Shown here: positions 10,299 through 20,432 of the stretch, piece by piece
How the letters are laid out: each line of letters starts with the position of its first letter
How positions within the stretch are numbered: the first letter of the stretch is position 1
Source: an uncultured Pelagibacteraceae bacterium
GTDB taxonomy: Bacteria > Pseudomonadota > Alphaproteobacteria > Pelagibacterales > Pelagibacteraceae
NCBI GenBank assembly: GCA_902592985.1
Contig: CACJGR010000002.1
Span: 65,800-129,799 of the forward strand
DNA length: 64,000 nt
Direction: 5' to 3'
Notes under the pieces: generated by a model
The model's input: only the letters and a program-made list of their open reading frames with translations
Database searches by the model: none
Told to the model about the DNA's origin: nothing
Program-made: the position numbers and the translations under genes

Positions 10299-11123
10299 TT
10301 ATTTTTTCCCTTTTAAGTTAATTTTAATATCTGATAGATCAACTAAATTTTTTTTATAATTACTTCTAACAAAACCTTTGCTAGTAATATTTTTAACAAG
10401 TTTTAAAAATTGATTTTTATCCTCCGATGCTTCTTCGTCATTATTGGTAGATTTATCAGAATTTCCTATTGCTGGAGTATGAGCTAAATCTTCTCTATTT
10501 TGGTAAGATATTGCTAATTCTCTAAAAATATAATCAAGTATAGATGAAGCACTTAATATTCTATCGTTTCCATAAACTTTTCCGGATGGTTCAAATTTAG
10601 TATTTACATAAGCATTTATAAACTCATCCAAAGGTACCCCATATTGAAGACCAAGAGATACTGCTATTGCAAAGTTATTCATTAATGCTTTTACTAGTTC
10701 ACCTTCTTTACTTGTATCAATAAAAATCTCTCCTATTTTACCATCTTCATATTCACCAGTGTGCAAATAAACTTTGTGATTACCTATGGTTGCTTTTTGA
10801 ATATATCCCTTTCTTCTGTCGGGCATACTAAATCTTCTGCTAATGCCATCATTAAGTTTTTTTACAAAAACTTGATTTGTGTCTTTAGAAATTGGTTTTG
10901 ATTGAATTTTTTCGGGAATTATATCTATTTTTTTATTCTCAGGATTCTTATTTTTTATGTTTAAATTTTTTGTTTTTCTATTATCTAATTTAACATCTAA
11001 AACTTCAAATTTTCCATCATCTCTTTTTTCCAGATTGGATAACTCAGTTTCATTGATATCATCTAAATAGTGACTAACTTTAAAGCTGCATGTATAATAA
11101 GTTTCTACTAAGTATTTGGCCAT
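10299..11123 (-). CDS. Stand-alone class II ribonucleotide reductase (NrdJ) C-terminal/TSCPD-like domain protein with an unrecognised N-terminus
   Basis: RRKGYIQKA...[23 protein letters not shown]...[17 protein letters not shown]...FEPSG...[14 protein letters not shown] resembles the C-terminal region of alphaproteobacterial NrdJ; no catalytic barrel in 274 aa. Confidence 0.8.
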   Translation of the reverse strand: MAKYLVETYYTCSFKVSHYLDDINETELSNLEKRDDGKFEVLDVKLDNRKTKNLNIKNKNPENKKIDIIPEKIQSKPISKDTNQVFVKKLNDGISRRFSMPDRRKGYIQKATIGNHKVYLHTGEYEDGKIGEIFIDTSKEGELVKALMNNFAIAVSLGLQYGVPLDEFINAYVNTKFEPSGKVYGNDRILSASSILDYIFRELAISYQNREDLAHTPAIGNSDKSTNNDEEASEDKNQFLKLVKNITSKGFVRSNYKKNLVDLSDIKINLKGKK

Positions 11124-11237
11124 TTTCTCTCTAAATAAAATTTATTTTGAATCTTGAGACAATTAATTTATATACAAATTCATAGTTTAGTCTAATTTAA
11201 TTTATACAATTTTGAATTGAAGAAATATTAAAATTAT

Positions 11238-11597
11238 ATGTTGACATTTTTTAAAAAAATTTTCATATGGTGGAATCAAGAGACGCTAGGAACTAAACTT
11301 CAAACATTTTTTTTTGGAAAATTAATTGGCAAAGATACTTTTGGTAATAAATATTATGAAAGTAAATCTGGCAAAAGATGGGTAATTTATAAAGATGAGA
11401 TAGATGCATCTAAAATTCCAATCGAGTGGTATTCTTGGATACATTTTACTGGTAACAAAATTGAAAATTCTCATAATTTAAAAAAATACGATTGGCAAAA
11501 ACCTCATCAATCAAATCAAACAGGAACTGAAAATTCTTATCACCCAAATAAAGATAATAATGAAATTGATAAAAAATATAAAAATTGGAAGAACTAA
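11238..11597 (+). CDS. NADH:ubiquinone oxidoreductase accessory subunit, NDUFA12 family
   Basis: G.D.FGNKYY, RWVIY, ASKIP.EW..W.H, W.KPH..N.TGT motifs. Confidence 0.92.
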   Translation: MLTFFKKIFIWWNQETLGTKLQTFFFGKLIGKDTFGNKYYESKSGKRWVIYKDEIDASKIPIEWYSWIHFTGNKIENSHNLKKYDWQKPHQSNQTGTENSYHPNKDNNEIDKKYKNWKN

Positions 11598-11973
11598 TTT
11601 TTTAAAATTATTTATTATTGTTATATTTATATTTTATAGTTCAAATATAAATTCTTTAGAAAACTCAGAATCATTAGAGGGAAATTTTATTGAAATTAAG
11701 ATTTTGGATAAAGTTAGTTCAAAAAATAACGTTTTAAAAATAAAAATTGGTGATGAAAAAAAATTTAAAAATCTTTTAATTAAATCTTTAAAATGTAAAA
11801 ATTCTGAGTTTGATGATGATCCTGAAATTACAGCATACCTTCAAGTTAAAGATTTAACCAATAAAAATAACAATGAAGTCTTTATTTTTAATGATTGGAC
11901 TTTCTCTTCAAGTCCTACTATTAAACCTTTTGATCATCCCGTCTATGATATTTGGCTTACAAAATGTTACTAA
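11560..11973 (+). CDS. DUF2155 family exported protein
   Basis: LDKVS, F..W.F.SSP....DHPVYDIW...C motifs; usual synteny after NDUFA12. Confidence 0.85.
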   Translation: MKLIKNIKIGRTNFLKLFIIVIFIFYSSNINSLENSESLEGNFIEIKILDKVSSKNNVLKIKIGDEKKFKNLLIKSLKCKNSEFDDDPEITAYLQVKDLTNKNNNEVFIFNDWTFSSSPTIKPFDHPVYDIWLTKCY

Positions 11974-13307
11974 ACAATTTTTTCATTATCTAACCAACTA
12001 ACATTAAAATTAGATTTTATGAATTTCTCATGTGTTAATAGCTTTTTGTGCAATTCTATAGTTGTAGTAATTCCTTCAATTACAAATTCATCTAAAGATC
12101 GATTCATTCTCTGTATTGCTTCTTTTCTGTTTCTTCCTTGGCAAATTAACTTACAAATCATACTATCATAATAAGGAGTCACCTTATATCCTTGATATAT
12201 TGCTCCATCTACTCTTGTTCTAAAACCAGAGGGTTGGTGGCATATTCCAATTGTGCCAGGACAAGGTTGAAAGTTTTTGCTTGGATCTTCCGCATTTATT
12301 CTGCATTCAATTGCGTGACCTCTTGGTTTTATATCATTTTGTTTTAATGCAGTTTCACCAGTGAAAGCAATGTGAATTTGTTCCTTTATAATGTCAATTC
12401 CAGTAACAACTTCTGTTACTGGATGTTCTACTTGAACTCTTGTATTCATTTCCAAGAAAAAAAATTTTCCATCTTCATAAATAAATTCAACAGTTCCTGC
12501 CCCTTCATATCCAATTTTGCTTACCATATTTACTGTTTTTTCAAATAAATCTTTTCTTATTTCATCAGATAAAATCGGACTTGGTGTTTCTTCAATAAGT
12601 TTTTGGTGGCGTCTTTGAACAGAACAATCTCTTTCATGTAAATGAATGGTTCTATTTTTTCCAGATAATATTTGAACCTCAATATGTCTAGGATTTTGAA
12701 AAAACTTTTCTATGTAAACTTCATCATTACCGAAATATTTCATTGCTTCAGTTTTTGCAGCGGAAAAAGATAAATCAAAATCTTTTTCATTATGAACGAT
12801 TTTCATTCCTTTACCACCACCACCTCCTGCTGCTTTAATCAATACAGGAAATCCTATTTTTTTAGATATTTCTTTAGCTTGTTTTAAATTTGAAACACCA
12901 CCTTCAGAACCTTCTATAATTGGTAAACCATATTTTTTTGCAATTCTTTTTGCCTCAATTTTGTCACCCATCATTTTTATTAATTTTGAAGAAGGACCAA
13001 TAAATTTTATTTTGTTTTCTTCGAGAATTTTTGCAAAGTTTGAATTTTCTGACAAAAAACCATAACCGGGATGAACAGCTTCAGAACTTGTTAATTCAAT
13101 TGCAGACATTATTGCAGGTATGTTTAAATAACTATTTGCTGGTTGATAAGAACCTATGCAAACACTTTCATCTGCTAATCTTACATGCATACTATCTTTA
13201 TCTACATCAGAATGAATAGCTACAGTTTGAATACCCCATTCTTTACAGGCTCTAATTATTCTAACTGCAATCTCACCACGATTAGCGATTAATATTTTTT
13301 TAAACAT
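11970..13307 (-). CDS. accC: Acetyl-CoA carboxylase biotin carboxylase
   Basis: ILIANRGEIA, HPGYGFLSEN, GGGGKGM, ERDCSVQRRHQK, EMNTRVQVEH motifs. Confidence 0.97.
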   Translation of the reverse strand: MFKKILIANRGEIAVRIIRACKEWGIQTVAIHSDVDKDSMHVRLADESVCIGSYQPANSYLNIPAIMSAIELTSSEAVHPGYGFLSENSNFAKILEENKIKFIGPSSKLIKMMGDKIEAKRIAKKYGLPIIEGSEGGVSNLKQAKEISKKIGFPVLIKAAGGGGGKGMKIVHNEKDFDLSFSAAKTEAMKYFGNDEVYIEKFFQNPRHIEVQILSGKNRTIHLHERDCSVQRRHQKLIEETPSPILSDEIRKDLFEKTVNMVSKIGYEGAGTVEFIYEDGKFFFLEMNTRVQVEHPVTEVVTGIDIIKEQIHIAFTGETALKQNDIKPRGHAIECRINAEDPSKNFQPCPGTIGICHQPSGFRTRVDGAIYQGYKVTPYYDSMICKLICQGRNRKEAIQRMNRSLDEFVIEGITTTIELHKKLLTHEKFIKSNFNVSWLDNEKIV

Positions 13308-13663
13308 TATTCAAGAACGATGATAGCTTGACCGAACTCAACTGGCTGACCATCCTCGACACAAATTTTTTTAACAACGCCATCTTCAGTAGATGGAACA
13401 TGATTCATTGTTTTCATCGCTTCAACTATTAATAATGTTTCACCTTTTTTAATTTTTTTTCCAACTGAAACAAAAGGTTTAGCTCCTGGTTCAGGAGACA
13501 AGTATGCTGTTCCAACTATAGGGCTTTTTATAACATTACCAGAGTTATCAATTTTTTCCTCAGCTGTTTCATCTCTATTAATAAACTCATCACCTTTTAG
13601 TGATTTTTTTAAATCTTCTAGAGTTTCTATTAATTTTTTTATTATTTTTTTATCTATTTCCAT
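13307..13663 (-). CDS. accB: Biotin carboxyl carrier protein (short, 118 aa)
   Basis: SPIVGTAY and EAMKTMN biotinylation motif; aroQ-accB-accC operon. Confidence 0.95.
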   Translation of the reverse strand: MEIDKKIIKKLIETLEDLKKSLKGDEFINRDETAEEKIDNSGNVIKSPIVGTAYLSPEPGAKPFVSVGKKIKKGETLLIVEAMKTMNHVPSTEDGVVKKICVEDGQPVEFGQAIIVLE

Positions 13664-14099
13664 TTTTTAGCAATTCATGCATTGCATTTATGGCCAAAAT
13701 ATAACCATTGGTTCCTAATCCACAAATTATTCCAGTTACTACGCTGCTGATCATAGATTTATGTCTAAATTCTTCTCTTTTATGTGTGTTTGATATGTGT
13801 AGTTCGATACTAGGTTTTTTAAAAATAGCCAGCGCATCACGAATAGCAACAGAAGTATGGGTAAATCCAGCAGCATTAATTATTAAACCATCATATTTTT
13901 TTTTAGCTTCCTGTATAATAGTAACAATTTCACCTTCAATATTTGATTGTAAAAATTCAATATTAATTTTTAAGTCTTTTGAATGTTTAAGACAATTATT
14001 TTTTAATTCATCATAGGTAGTAGAACCATATTGTGATTGTTCTCTCTCACCTAATAGATTAAGATTTGGACCATTAATAACAATAATATTATTTTTCAT
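13650..14099 (-). CDS. aroQ: Type II 3-dehydroquinate dehydratase
   Basis: NGPNLNLLGERE..YG, QSN.EG, THTSVAIRDA, ELHISN...REEFRH.S motifs. Confidence 0.97.
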   Translation of the reverse strand: MKNNIIVINGPNLNLLGEREQSQYGSTTYDELKNNCLKHSKDLKINIEFLQSNIEGEIVTIIQEAKKKYDGLIINAAGFTHTSVAIRDALAIFKKPSIELHISNTHKREEFRHKSMISSVVTGIICGLGTNGYILAINAMHELLKNGNR

Positions 14100-14123
14100 T
14101 GAATTCTTATATATCTATATATT

Positions 14124-14342
14124 ATGAAAAAAATAAATAAAATCAAAATTAAACTAAATGGAAAATTTATCAAAATTAAGGATAAAACTACTTTATTAAG
14201 TTTGATAAAGAAATTAAAGGTACCAATAAAAAAGGTTGCTATTGAATTAAATCAGACAATAGTTAATAAGAAATCATTAGGTAAGATTAAAATAAAAAAA
14301 AATAATAAAATTGAAATAGTCCATTTTATTGGTGGTGGTTAA
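14124..14342 (+). CDS. thiS: Sulfur carrier protein ThiS
   Basis: VAIELN and C-terminal [10 protein letters not shown]; coupled to thiG. Confidence 0.93.
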   Translation: MKKINKIKIKLNGKFIKIKDKTTLLSLIKKLKVPIKKVAIELNQTIVNKKSLGKIKIKKNNKIEIVHFIGGG

Positions 14343-15118
14343 TGAAAAAAGTAGACAATTTAATAATTGCTAAAAAAAAATTTAAATCACGTTTAATAGT
14401 AGGCACGGGAAAGTACAAAAACATGTCTGAGTGTGCAAAAGCTATAAAATTATCTGGTGCAGAAATAGTTACTGTTGCAGTAAGAAGAGTAAATATAGTG
14501 GATAAAATGAAACCTTTGTTAATGGATTATATTGATCCAAAAAAAATAACTTATTTACCAAATACAGCCGGTTGTTTTAATTCAGAAGAAGCTTTGAGAA
14601 CATTACGGTTAGCAAGAGAAATAGGAGGATGGAAATTAGTGAAGTTAGAAGTGCTGGGAGATAAAAAAACATTATATCCAGATATGATTGAAACTTTAAA
14701 ATCAACTGAAATACTATCTAAAGAAGGATTTAAAGTAATGGTTTACTGTACCGATGATCCTTTAATGGCAAAAAGATTAGAAAATGTTGGAGCATGTGCA
14801 ATTATGCCTTTGGCTGCACCAATAGGCTCTGGATTAGGTATACAAAATTATACAAATATTAAAATTATAAGGGACCAAACAAAATTGCCATTAATTATTG
14901 ACGCAGGTTTAGGTCAAGCATCAGATGCAACTATTGCAATGGAACTAGGTTGTGATGGTGTTTTAGTTAATACTGCAATTGCAAAAGCTAAAAACCCTTT
15001 TCAAATGGCTTTAGCTTTTAAAAATTCAGTTGTTGCGGGCAGGCAATCTTATTTATCCGGTAGAATAAGAAAGTTTTTATTTGGAACTTCTTCTTCTCCT
15101 AAAGAAGGTATTATTTAA
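14342..15118 (+). CDS. thiG: Thiazole synthase
   Basis: [39 protein letters not shown] motifs. Confidence 0.97.
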   Translation: MKKVDNLIIAKKKFKSRLIVGTGKYKNMSECAKAIKLSGAEIVTVAVRRVNIVDKMKPLLMDYIDPKKITYLPNTAGCFNSEEALRTLRLAREIGGWKLVKLEVLGDKKTLYPDMIETLKSTEILSKEGFKVMVYCTDDPLMAKRLENVGACAIMPLAAPIGSGLGIQNYTNIKIIRDQTKLPLIIDAGLGQASDATIAMELGCDGVLVNTAIAKAKNPFQMALAFKNSVVAGRQSYLSGRIRKFLFGTSSSPKEGII

Positions 15119-16886
15119 CTTTTTTAAAGAATTTTTTTTTATAAAATCTATTTTTTTTGAATTTATTTTTTTTAGTTGTTTTATTTAAACTGTAAACATT
15201 ATTTTCATTTTTTAAATCTTTTAGATTTGTAAATTTTATTAAAGATTCGATTTTATCTATAGTTTTTTTATTTCTATTTTTAAAATCAATTTTATATTCT
15301 GGTATAACTAGTGAATTATCATGAATTATATCTATTTTAATTTTATTTTTTTCTTCAAAGTACTTTAAATCCTCTAAGAAGTTTTCTTTTATAAAATTTA
15401 ATAATTTTTCGCATATTTTAAGCTCTACGTATTTAGCCTTATTTTGAATTGACTTAATTTCAACAATTTTTAATACTTTTAAAGAAAAAGATTCATCAGT
15501 TAAAGAAACTTTCCATTTAACGCTACTTTCTCTTAGTCTTTGCCTCGACATTTCTAGTAATCCAAAATTACTAATACGCCCTATTTGAATCCTAGCTCTA
15601 TCTGCTCTACACTTTTCTTTTAATTTTCTTTCAACTAGTCTTCTATTTACGTAACTTAGCATATCAATAAAATCTATTATTATAAGACCAGATAAATCTC
15701 TTATTTTGAGTTGTCTTGATATTTCTTCTGCAGCTTCGAGATTTGTATCAAGAGCAGTGCTTTCAACATTTTTTTGTCTAATAGATTTACCAGAGTTAAC
15801 ATCAATAGAAATTAAAGCTTCAGTTGGGTTTATAACTAAATATCCTCCTGAAATTAATTTTACGGTTGATTCAAAAATTTCGTTTAATTTATCTTCAATA
15901 TTTTCTTTAAAAAACAAAGGAATTTTGTCTCTGTATTTTTTTATCTTTTTAACATGTGTAGGCATGATCATTTTCATAAAATTTCGTGCTTTTTTATAAC
16001 CTTCGTGACCTTCCACAATTATACTTTTTGTATTTTCATCATAAATGTCTCTTAAAGTTCTTTTTATTATTTCACTTTCCTGATGAATTAATGCTGGAGC
16101 TATTGCATTAATTGCATTTTCTTTAATTAAGTTCCAAGTTTTTATTAAATTTTGAAGGTCGTGATTAATTTCATTTTTTGTTTTATTTGATCCAGCAGTT
16201 CTAACAATTAAACCCATTTCTTTTGGGATTTCTATTTCATTTAAAATATTTCTAATTTTTTTTCTATCATTTGGATTAAAAATTTTACGTGATATACCTC
16301 CACCCTTTGAAGTATTAGGCATTAAAACAATATATTTGCCAGCAACTGAAATAAAAGTACTTAGCGCAGCTCCTTTTAATCCTCTTTCATCTTTTAAAAC
16401 CTGAACAAGTATTACTTGATTAGGTTTTATTACTTCTTGAATTTTATATCTTTTTGATTGATATTTTCTATCGGGTTTTTTAACTTCTTCAGTTGTTACT
16501 GATTCAAGTTTTTTTTCAACTGGATCATCTATTTCTAGGTTACCTTCATTTAAATTTTTCTCTTCTAGTTGTTCACTTTCTTTTTGTAGTTTCTCTCTTT
16601 CTTTCTCTTCTTCTTTTTTAATTTTTTCTAAATCACTTTGAGGAATTTGATAATAGTCTGACTGTATATCATTGAATGATAAAAAACCGTGTCTTTCTCT
16701 TCCAAAATCTACAAAGGCAGCCTGCAAAGATGGCTCAACGCGACTAACTTTACCTAAGTAAATATTATTTTTTATTAGAGTATTTTTTACACCTTCGTAT
16801 TCGTATTCTTCAATGTTTCCATTTGATTTAAGCACAACTCTAGTTTCACTTGGATGCGATGCATCAATATATAAATTCTTTTCCAT
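15111..16886 (-). CDS. rne: Ribonuclease E/G family, compact
   Basis: [56 protein letters not shown] motifs. Confidence 0.95.
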   Translation of the reverse strand: MEKNLYIDASHPSETRVVLKSNGNIEEYEYEGVKNTLIKNNIYLGKVSRVEPSLQAAFVDFGRERHGFLSFNDIQSDYYQIPQSDLEKIKKEEEKEREKLQKESEQLEEKNLNEGNLEIDDPVEKKLESVTTEEVKKPDRKYQSKRYKIQEVIKPNQVILVQVLKDERGLKGAALSTFISVAGKYIVLMPNTSKGGGISRKIFNPNDRKKIRNILNEIEIPKEMGLIVRTAGSNKTKNEINHDLQNLIKTWNLIKENAINAIAPALIHQESEIIKRTLRDIYDENTKSIIVEGHEGYKKARNFMKMIMPTHVKKIKKYRDKIPLFFKENIEDKLNEIFESTVKLISGGYLVINPTEALISIDVNSGKSIRQKNVESTALDTNLEAAEEISRQLKIRDLSGLIIIDFIDMLSYVNRRLVERKLKEKCRADRARIQIGRISNFGLLEMSRQRLRESSVKWKVSLTDESFSLKVLKIVEIKSIQNKAKYVELKICEKLLNFIKENFLEDLKYFEEKNKIKIDIIHDNSLVIPEYKIDFKNRNKKTIDKIESLIKFTNLKDLKNENNVYSLNKTTKKNKFKKNRFYKKKFFKKVK

Positions 16887-16988
16887 ATAATTTTGATTAA
16901 TAGTTTCATTTTATTTATTTCATTTTTTAAATTTTATTAAATTCTGATGCCTTAAGTTTAACAAATTCGTATATTAAATAATACTAAA

Positions 16989-19334
16989 ATGAGTAAAATT
17001 TTGAAAAAAATATTAATACTGTTTTGTAGCTTTGCACTATTATTAGGATTATCAACTCTTTCAATTTTATGGGCATTTTCTAATAATTTACCTGACTATA
17101 AGTTTTTAATAAATTATAAACCACCAGTTTCAAGCAAAGTTTATTCAGGCGAAGGAGAACTTGTAAGTGATTTTTCATCTGAAAAGAGAATTTTTGTCCC
17201 ATATAACGCTATTCCCGCAAAAGTAGTTAATGCCTTTTTATCTGCAGAAGATAAAAACTTTTTCTCACATCCAGGAGTTGATGCAAAAGGAGTTGTACGG
17301 GCTATTATTAATAATATATCAAATTATTTATCATCAAAAAGATTAGAGGGAGCTTCAACAATAACTCAACAAGTAGCTAAAAACTTTTTATTAACAAATG
17401 AAGTTAGTATTAAAAGGAAACTAAAAGAAGCAATATTGGCATTTAGAATAGAAAGAGCTTTATCAAAAGAACGAATTTTAGAATTATATCTTAACCAAAT
17501 TTATTTAGGTGAAGGAGCTTACGGAGTAGCTTCAGCAAGCCTTGAATACTTTGATAAATCTATTAATAATTTAAATTATGTTGAAGCTGCATTACTTGCA
17601 GCTTTGCCTAAAGCACCTAGTAGATACAATCCCTATAAAAATATTAAGCTTGCTAAATTTAGAAGAGATCTAGTATTGAATAATCTTTTAGAAAATAATT
17701 ATATTGATAAAAAAAGTCATAAACAATTTATAAAAGATAAAATTGTTCTGAAAAAAAGAAAAAAAATATTTTTAGAAGATACGAGATATTATGTTGAAGA
17801 TATTCGAAAAAATATTGTTGACCAATTTGGCTTTGATAGAGTTTATAAACAGGGGTTTAATATTAAAACTCCTTTAAATTTAAATTTACAAAATGTTGCA
17901 ACTGATGTTTTAAGAAAAGGTTTAGAAACATATGACAAAAGAAAAGGGTGGAGAGGTTCATTAATTAATAAAAAAATTTCAAAAAACTGGCATAAGGATA
18001 AAGATTTAGAAAAGTTTAAGTTAGAAAAATCAATCAATTGGGAATTGGCAATAGTAAAAAAAATTGATCAATTTTCTATTGTTATTGAAACAGAAAAAAA
18101 AATAATAGGTAAAATAAATTACGACAATATATCTTGGACTAAAAAAGAGTTTAATGAATTAGTTAATATTGGAGATATTATCTATGTTAAAAAATTTAAT
18201 AAAAACATTTATGAATTAAAACAATTTCCAAAAGTGAATGGAGGAATTGTTGTAATGGATCCATTTACAGGAAGAGTTCTTGCTTTAAGTGGAGGATTTA
18301 GTTTTAAAAAAAGTGAGTTTAATAGAGCATCGCAAGCTTTAAGACAACCAGGATCGGCTTTTAAACCATTTATTTATGCCCTTGCATTAGAAAATAATTA
18401 TTCTCCATCAACGCTAATTCTTGATGCACCATTAGTTTTAGAACAAGGTTACGATTTAAAAATGTGGAAACCAGAAAACTATGGAAAGAAATTTTATGGA
18501 CCTTCAACTTTAAGAATGGGTTTAGAAAAATCTAGAAACTTAATGACAGTTAGAATTGCACAAGATTTAGGATTAAAAAAAATAGTTAATTTTTCAAAAC
18601 AACTAGGTATTTATGATAATCCAAGTGAACTATTGTCTATTTCATTAGGTTCTGCAGAAACAACATTGTTAAAATTAACTTCAGCATACTGTTCATTTGT
18701 TAACGGTGGAAAATTGGTTAAACCAATCTTAATAGATAGAATTCAAGATAGTGAAGGAAATACTATTTTTAACACTGAAACAAGAAATTGTAGTAATTGT
18801 GATCAAATATCTTTTTTAAGTGATAAAGAGCCAAAAATTTCAGATAATTTTACTAAAATATTTTCACCAGAAACAGCATATCAAATGACATCAATGCTTG
18901 AAGGTGTTGTTAAAAGGGGAACTGGAAGAAAACTTAAAGATCTTAATTTAGATCTTGCTGGAAAAACTGGAACAACAAATAAAAATACCGATACTTGGTT
19001 TGTTGGATTTACATCTAAATTAGTCATAGGTGTATATGTAGGTTTTGATGAACCTAAATCGCTAGGTAAACGTGAAACAGGCGCAAAAACGGCGATGCCA
19101 ATATTTAAGGATTTTGTGAAAAAAGCAATAAAAAAAAAAGATGCAAGACCCTTTAAGGTTGCAGATAATATTATCATGATGGTTGTTGACAGATTGACAG
19201 GTCAAAAAGCAAACTTTGCTTCTAAAGAAACATTAATAGAAGTATTTAAAAAAGACAAAATTAATATGGAGTTAAACAAAAACTTAGATATTAATAATAG
19301 ATTAAAAAACAATAATATACTAAGGTTCTATTAA
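16989..19334 (+). CDS. mrcA: Penicillin-binding protein 1A
   Basis: Glycosyltransferase motifs AEDKNFF.H.G and GASTITQQVAKN; transpeptidase motifs SAFK, SRN, KTG. Confidence 0.95.
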   Translation: MSKILKKILILFCSFALLLGLSTLSILWAFSNNLPDYKFLINYKPPVSSKVYSGEGELVSDFSSEKRIFVPYNAIPAKVVNAFLSAEDKNFFSHPGVDAKGVVRAIINNISNYLSSKRLEGASTITQQVAKNFLLTNEVSIKRKLKEAILAFRIERALSKERILELYLNQIYLGEGAYGVASASLEYFDKSINNLNYVEAALLAALPKAPSRYNPYKNIKLAKFRRDLVLNNLLENNYIDKKSHKQFIKDKIVLKKRKKIFLEDTRYYVEDIRKNIVDQFGFDRVYKQGFNIKTPLNLNLQNVATDVLRKGLETYDKRKGWRGSLINKKISKNWHKDKDLEKFKLEKSINWELAIVKKIDQFSIVIETEKKIIGKINYDNISWTKKEFNELVNIGDIIYVKKFNKNIYELKQFPKVNGGIVVMDPFTGRVLALSGGFSFKKSEFNRASQALRQPGSAFKPFIYALALENNYSPSTLILDAPLVLEQGYDLKMWKPENYGKKFYGPSTLRMGLEKSRNLMTVRIAQDLGLKKIVNFSKQLGIYDNPSELLSISLGSAETTLLKLTSAYCSFVNGGKLVKPILIDRIQDSEGNTIFNTETRNCSNCDQISFLSDKEPKISDNFTKIFSPETAYQMTSMLEGVVKRGTGRKLKDLNLDLAGKTGTTNKNTDTWFVGFTSKLVIGVYVGFDEPKSLGKRETGAKTAMPIFKDFVKKAIKKKDARPFKVADNIIMMVVDRLTGQKANFASKETLIEVFKKDKINMELNKNLDINNRLKNNNILRFY

Positions 19335-20432
19335 TGGATAATGATTTTTTAAATTATAAATTTGAGATAGAAAAGATTAATCAAAGAATCAAGGAGTATC
19401 TTTGAAAAAAATAAAATTCATTTAATTTTAGCAGAAAATAATAAAAAAATGTTAGACGCCAATTTTTGGCAGAACAAATCTTTAGCTCAAAAAGTAATTA
19501 AAGAAAAAAAATTTCATGAAAATTTAATCAATTCATATGAAGACTCTATAAAAGAACTTGCAGAATTAAATGATTTATATCAACTTGCTAAAGATGAAAA
19601 TAACAACTCAATAATTAATGAGACTTTACAAAATATAGAAGATTTAAAACTTAAAACAAAAAAAAATGAAACCAAATGCTTTCTTTCAAATGAAAGTGAT
19701 AGTTTAAGTTGTTATATTGAAATCCATGCAGGTGCAGGTGGAACAGAAAGCCAAGATTGGGCTGAAATGTTAAGAAGAATGTATATGAAATGGGCAGCTA
19801 ATAAGGAATTTAAATCTCAGATAGTTCATGAACACAAAGGAGATGAAGCAGGTATTAAATCTTCAACTCTTAAAATTGAAGGTGATTATATTTATGGATG
19901 GCTTAAAACAGAATCTGGAATACATAGATTAGTTAGGATTTCACCATTTGACTCAGGAGCAAGAAGACACACAAGTTTTGCAAGTGTGTGGATCTATCCT
20001 CTAGTTGATGAAAACATTGATATTGAAATTTTAGAAAAAGATTTAAGAATAGATACTTACAGATCTAGTGGAGCAGGCGGACAACATGTTAATACAACAG
20101 ATAGTGCTGTTAGAATTACTCATATTCCAACTAAAATAGTTGTGCAGTGCCAAAATGAAAGATCACAACATAAAAATAAAGAAACATGCTTAAATATGCT
20201 TAAAGCTAGACTATATGATTTCGAAATAAAAAAAAAAGAACAAGAATCAAAAAATTTAGAAAGTACTAAATCTGAAATTGGATGGGGACATCAAATAAGA
20301 TCATACGTTCTTCACCCATACAGATTAGTTAAAGATAATAGAACGAATTATGAAAGTTCAAATCCCGATAAAGTTTTGGATGGTGCAATTGATGATTTTT
20401 TAGAAAGCTCTTTGTATAAAATAAATGATTAA
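19334..20432 (+). CDS. prfB: Peptide chain release factor 2, translated via programmed +1 frameshift
   Basis: ATG 19334 (MDNDFLNYKFEIEKINQRIKEYL) reaches CTT TGA at 19400-19405; the +1 frame continues EKNKIHL... into the 19449 ORF with SPF and GGQ motifs. Confidence 0.95.
19391..19406 (+). promoter_or_regulatory. RF2 autoregulatory +1 frameshift site
   Basis: AAGGAG-TAT-CTT-TGA-A: internal SD-like sequence 3 nt before the slippery CTT-TGA. Confidence 0.93.

Noticed and set aside
19449-20432. prfB as a truncated 327-aa gene or pseudogene
   Set aside because: The upstream frame and SD-CTT-TGA site show the normal programmed frameshift.
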